A DNA stretch of 64,000 nt, taken from positions 6,938-70,937 of the forward strand of contig CAVGJZ010000008.1 of assembly GCA_963629785.1 (NCBI GenBank), read 5' to 3'. The notes under the pieces are model-generated. The model worked only from the letters and a program-made list of their open reading frames with translations, searched no databases and was not told where the DNA came from. The DNA comes from Oscillibacter sp. MSJ-31 (lineage in GTDB: Bacteria; Bacteroidota; Bacteroidia; Bacteroidales; Bacteroidaceae). Positions 60,101 to 64,000 of the stretch are shown piece by piece. The translations under genes were made by a program, and so were the position numbers. Every line of letters starts with the position of its first letter. Positions within the stretch are counted from its first letter, which is position 1.

Positions 60101-60609
60101 CTGCTGCGTAATCTCGTTTTTCTGTTCAGTCCCGACATGGAGAACACCACCGCCGCAACTGCCACAACTATGAGAGCCGTTATCGCGAAGATGAACATAT
60201 CGGTGGTTTTCAGCCAGAACGTGTTGTCAAAGGCTTTCCCGTTCACCCGCACCGGGACGGAGGAACCGCAAACGAAACCCACGGCGAGCGACCCGACGAG
60301 CAATATTGCCGTAATCCATGCAATGCGCGCCGCCGGTATCCCGTTCACTGTTTTCTCTGCCGACCGTGTGCGGTAGCCGTGCCACACGGCGCACGCCGCC
60401 ACGCAAACGGCAACCAGCGTCATGGCGTAAAGGAGCCACAACACCACGTCGGTGAAGAGGGGGGCGTTATACGACGGGTCGTAGACGTAGGGCAGGTTGT
60501 AGCCTACGATATAGAACAGCGCGAAGACCACTACTGCCAACCCCACGAGGCCATATAGGATGCGCGTGGAAATTTTTTCGGTTTTCTGTTTCTTCAGTCT
60601 GCCAGTCAT
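60097..60609 (-). CDS. Small integral membrane protein of the exbB-exbD cluster
   Basis: The internal start MTGRLKK has an ATGA overlap with the exbB stop. Four predicted TM helices. The upstream part of the track ORF is a shadow of exbB. Confidence 0.7.
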   Translation of the reverse strand: MTGRLKKQKTEKISTRILYGLVGLAVVVFALFYIVGYNLPYVYDPSYNAPLFTDVVLWLLYAMTLVAVCVAACAVWHGYRTRSAEKTVNGIPAARIAWITAILLVGSLAVGFVCGSSVPVRVNGKAFDNTFWLKTTDMFIFAITALIVVAVAAVVFSMSGLNRKTRLRSR

Positions 60610-61448
60610 GTGACTACTGTTTTTTTTTCCGCCATCTTGTATTTCACGATGGAGTCCAGAACGGAGATGGCAGACTCTTCCATCTGGCTCGTGATATGCT
60701 CTATCTTGGATATGATGTAGTTGTAGAACACCTGCAGGATGAGTGCGGCGATGATACCGAATATAGTGGTGATGAGCGCCACTTTCATTCCCGACGCCAC
60801 AATCGTGGGACTGATGTCTCCCGCCATCTGTATCTGCTCGAACGCCATGACCATTCCTATCACCGTGCCGAGAAAGCCTAGCGACGGGGCAATGGCGATG
60901 AACAGCGTTATCCACGAGCAGCCTTTTTCGAGGTTTGCCGCCTGCACGGAACCGTAGCTCGATATGCTTCTCTCGATATTGTCGATACTGTCGTCGATGC
61001 GCGCAAGAGCCTGTCCGCATATCGCCGCCACGGGACCGCGGGCATCGCCACAGAGTGCCTTGGCGCCAGTCACGTCGCCCTGAACAAGTTTCTCGTCAAT
61101 GTCTGCCATCATCTTCTTGGCATTGATTTCGCTGAGCGAAAGGTATATGATACGCTCAATGCAGAAAGCGAGTCCCAAGACGAGGGCCAGCGCAACGAGC
61201 GACATGAAACCTGCCGACCCTTCGATGAATTTTGTCTTTATCACCTGATGAAAGCTTGTCGGCTCTTCATCGTCCATAGCCGACAAATCAGCCTGAAAAT
61301 CCGCGGCGGCATCGTCTGCGGCATCCTGGGTAGCCGCAGCGGTGTCGACCACAACCGCCGCAGTGTCTTTCGCCTGCGCCAATGCCACGCCGGCAAAAAC
61401 GAACAGTGCTACTGCGGTATAAACAAGTCTGCTTAACAATATTCGCAT
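60606..61448 (-). CDS. exbB: MotA/TolQ/ExbB proton-channel protein
   Basis: Signal-like N-terminus and the conserved C-terminal TM pair (GFLGTVIGMVMAF...ALITTIFGI). Confidence 0.9.
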   Translation of the reverse strand: MRILLSRLVYTAVALFVFAGVALAQAKDTAAVVVDTAAATQDAADDAAADFQADLSAMDDEEPTSFHQVIKTKFIEGSAGFMSLVALALVLGLAFCIERIIYLSLSEINAKKMMADIDEKLVQGDVTGAKALCGDARGPVAAICGQALARIDDSIDNIERSISSYGSVQAANLEKGCSWITLFIAIAPSLGFLGTVIGMVMAFEQIQMAGDISPTIVASGMKVALITTIFGIIAALILQVFYNYIISKIEHITSQMEESAISVLDSIVKYKMAEKKTVVT

Positions 61449-61542
61449 ATATTTTCCTTAGTTATTAATTTCAACATGTTCCGTTTGGAAAAGGCATCGC
61501 ACACATAGCAATCCAGCTCAGCCACATCATCATTCGCACGTA

Positions 61543-62274
61543 CTAAAGCACAAAGTTCACGGGTATGCAGAAATACGTGAGGCAGGGCTTGCCCTTGTCC
61601 TGACCGGGCTTCCATTTCGGCATCATCTTCACCACTCTCACCGCCTCGGCATCAAGCAGCGGATGCACCTTTTTCGTCACCTTTATCTCCGACACCGTAC
61701 CGTCCTTGCCTATAACGAAAGCCACGTGTACCTTGCCCTGTATCTTCTGCTGCTGCGCCGCCTTGGGATAACGGAGGTTCTTGGTTATCCATTTCATGAA
61801 CTCCACCATACCGCCGGGAAACTCGGGAAGCTTCTCCACCACGCGGAAGTTAAGCGGATTGTCGTTCATGTCGGTAGCGGCAGGTGTCTGCTCCTCCGTC
61901 TGTGCATTGTCGTCGTCGGCTGCCGCTCCGTTCTCGCCTGCGCCATGCCCGTCGTCGGCATCGCCGGCAGACTGCTCCATCTTGACGGGTATCTCGGTCT
62001 GTGGTGTCTGTTCCACCTTTTTTATCTTGTCAGTCACCACCTTGGGTGCCTTTCCCGGTTTTATATAGGCTATCATGTCCTTGTCGTTCCGCTTGGGCAG
62101 AAGTTCCAAATCCACCTCCACATCATCATCGTCGCTCTCCCACTCGTCCGCAGCCGCTCCGCCGCTCCTGTATTCGAGTGCAGAGAAAAGCAGCGTGAGG
62201 GCAACGATAAGTCCGAGAAGGAATCCCGTGGTGCGGTTCACCTCATAGTCTATATGGAAAAGCCTGTTGCTCAC
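61543..62274 (-). CDS. tonB: Energy transducer TonB
   Basis: N-terminal TM helix, an acidic/Pro-poor linker, and a C-terminal domain with PEFPGG and GKVHVAFVIGKDG. Confidence 0.88.
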   Translation of the reverse strand: MSNRLFHIDYEVNRTTGFLLGLIVALTLLFSALEYRSGGAAADEWESDDDDVEVDLELLPKRNDKDMIAYIKPGKAPKVVTDKIKKVEQTPQTEIPVKMEQSAGDADDGHGAGENGAAADDDNAQTEEQTPAATDMNDNPLNFRVVEKLPEFPGGMVEFMKWITKNLRYPKAAQQQKIQGKVHVAFVIGKDGTVSEIKVTKKVHPLLDAEAVRVVKMMPKWKPGQDKGKPCLTYFCIPVNFVL

Positions 62275-62350
62275 TGTGCGTAGTCAAGTTTTTTACGGCG
62301 GCAAAGTTAATGTATTTTTTCCGTATGGAGTTAAGTGACGATTAAAAAAT

Positions 62351-62735
62351 TAGGTATAGACGTTTAGGACGCACTTACAAAATGCTCTGTTTAAGGCGTT
62401 GCTATATACCCCTTGTGTGTTGTTTGAAAAGTGTTCCAAATGTCGCATTTTGCCGATGCAGGACTTGCGGAAATCTCAACCGAATTTTGCCGCTCTTTTA
62501 GGATAAACGCAAAATATTGACAATCAACATAATATACATATCCTAAAAACCGACACCCCAAAACCTCGGCGAAAACGATAGCTTTTCGGGGAGCAAAGCT
62601 ATCGTTTCCTCCGGGCAAAGCTATCGTTTCCTCCCCGAAAAGCACTGCTCCTTAAAATCAGACAAAAAACAAAGTGTTCCAAATGTCTTATTTGTAAAAC
62701 ATTTTGCAAGCGTATTCTAAACGCCTATACCTATA
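62351..62735 (-). mobile_element. Copy C of the TIR-bounded palindromic element (complete)
   Basis: TIRs TAGGTATAGACGTTTAGGA / TCTAAACGCCTATACCTA match at 17 of 19 positions. It is collinear with copy B in reverse orientation and carries one extra 22-bp core unit. Confidence 0.6.
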
Positions 62736-62929
62736 AAAAAAATAACGTGGCACAGTTTGAGAAGGGTGAAATGTCGCCTGAGCCGTGCTACGCAACGAAA
62801 AAACACGCTGACACATTTGTGGATTACACTTATTCGCCATACCTTCGCAGAGGGAATGCCCAAGCACCGAAACACATACTATATATATAATAAGGTGGAA
62901 AACAAGAAACAAAACATATCTCAAAGCTT

Positions 62930-63430
62930 ATGAAGAAACAACACGCAAGACTTATGGCAGCCATGGTGGAATATGACCGTGGCGATGCCGCGAGAATCCA
63001 GCATTTCGTCAAAGTTCATGATTTCGCAGCCACTATAGGCAATTTGGAAGGGGTGGACAAGGACACGATGTTCATCCTCGAGACTGCCGCCATCCTCCAC
63101 GACATCGGCATACACAAGAGCGAAAGCCTCTACGGCGACTGCAACGGCAAGCACCAAGAGGAGCTGGGGCCCGCCGAGGCTCTAAGGTTGATGCAGGACG
63201 TGGGAGGGTACACCGCAGAGCAGATGGACCGCGTCTGCTTCCTCATCTCACGCCACCACACCTACACGGGAGTGGACGGCATCGACTGGCAGATTCTTCT
63301 CGAAGCGGATTTCCTTGTCAATTCCTTTGAGGACAAGCTTTCTGCCGATGCCATCGCACACTTTGAGGAAAAGGTTTTCAGGACGGAAACAGGAAAACGG
63401 TTGCTCGATTTAATGACGGTAAAAAAATAA
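62930..63430 (+). CDS. HD-domain phosphohydrolase
   Basis: AAILHDIG (HD motif) and RHHTY in a 166-aa protein. Confidence 0.82.
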   Translation: MKKQHARLMAAMVEYDRGDAARIQHFVKVHDFAATIGNLEGVDKDTMFILETAAILHDIGIHKSESLYGDCNGKHQEELGPAEALRLMQDVGGYTAEQMDRVCFLISRHHTYTGVDGIDWQILLEADFLVNSFEDKLSADAIAHFEEKVFRTETGKRLLDLMTVKK

Positions 63431-63526
63431 GTTGGTATGTATTCATAGTTCTCAAATCGTACCAAGTTGTTTTTTATCGTCACTTAATTCAGGGGTTATA
63501 TTATTTTCGGAAGAATGTCGAAAAAC

Positions 63527-63800
63527 GACATTTGGAACACTTCTGATTTCCTTGCATTTAGCAGAGCACTGCTTTTCGGGGAGCAAAACTATCGTTTCCT
63601 CCTCGCAAAGCTATCGTTTCCTCCCCGAAAAGCAGTGCTTTGCTAGGAGAAAACGACACCTCCTTTTAAAGTATATCTACACTATATTGATTATCAATAC
63701 CTTACAAGAATCACAAAACACACTTTCAAACCATCTCAAACTCCCGATATTTACGCCACGCAAATTACGACATCTGGAACATTTCTATCAAAAGATTTAG
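63527..63800 (+). repeat. Copy D of the palindromic element, degenerate and without clear TIRs
   Basis: It contains GACATTTGGAACAC (63527-63540), the core CTTTTCGGGG-41 bp-CCCCGAAAAG (63572-63632), TTGATTATCAAT, and a second GACATCTGGAACAT (63769-63782). Confidence 0.5.
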
Positions 63801-64000
63801 ACAACTATTTCCACAGTCTTTCGTGATTGTCATGGACAGTTACATAAGCTATATCAATCGCCCGCTTAGTTTGAATAATACTCTGATAATTAGTATCTAT
63901 TATTAGTTGATTATCAGTATTCTACACTCTAAACGATAGAAAAATGACGGTATTGATTCTATGTAGATACAAAAAGGCTAAAAATTAACGTGTTTAACCT

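Overview
This window looks like a chromosomal segment from a Bacteroidota (Bacteroidales-like) genome. The supporting signs are a T9SS C-terminal sorting tail, TonB-dependent receptors, a tonB-exbB-exbD-exbD cluster, a riboswitch-controlled outer-membrane receptor/PnuC/TPK thiamine operon, and a TAnnTTTG-type -7 box. About 57 CDSs are densely packed, most of them on the minus strand. They include a 5'-truncated secreted pectin methylesterase, an RND efflux operon (adaptor, pump, TolC), and a thiophilic-metal cluster (Cys-rich membrane protein, TonB-dependent receptor, Cu-type P1B ATPase, secreted HMA protein). Housekeeping genes present are trmB, ilvE, xseA/xseB, folA, thyA, hflX, purT, rfbB and topB. 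There is also a class I fumarate hydratase, an M16 peptidase, an S8 peptidase and a scattered dTDP-3-amino-3,6-dideoxyhexose module. Small accessory cassettes that look AT-richer by eye sit between core genes: a type II R-M pair that splits xseA from xseB, a HigBA module and a PIN toxin-antitoxin module. No rRNA, tRNA or CRISPR was seen. One TPP riboswitch is clear. The most unusual signal is non-coding. A roughly 370-bp palindrome-rich element with terminal inverted repeats occurs four times in the window. Its 41-bp core is exactly inverted (flip/flop) between copies, and the copy number of a 22-bp core unit varies. Two further intergenic arrays also have a 22-bp period and a CGTACGA core. 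No large uncharacterised protein-coding system was found, and all family assignments come from motif reading, not database searches.
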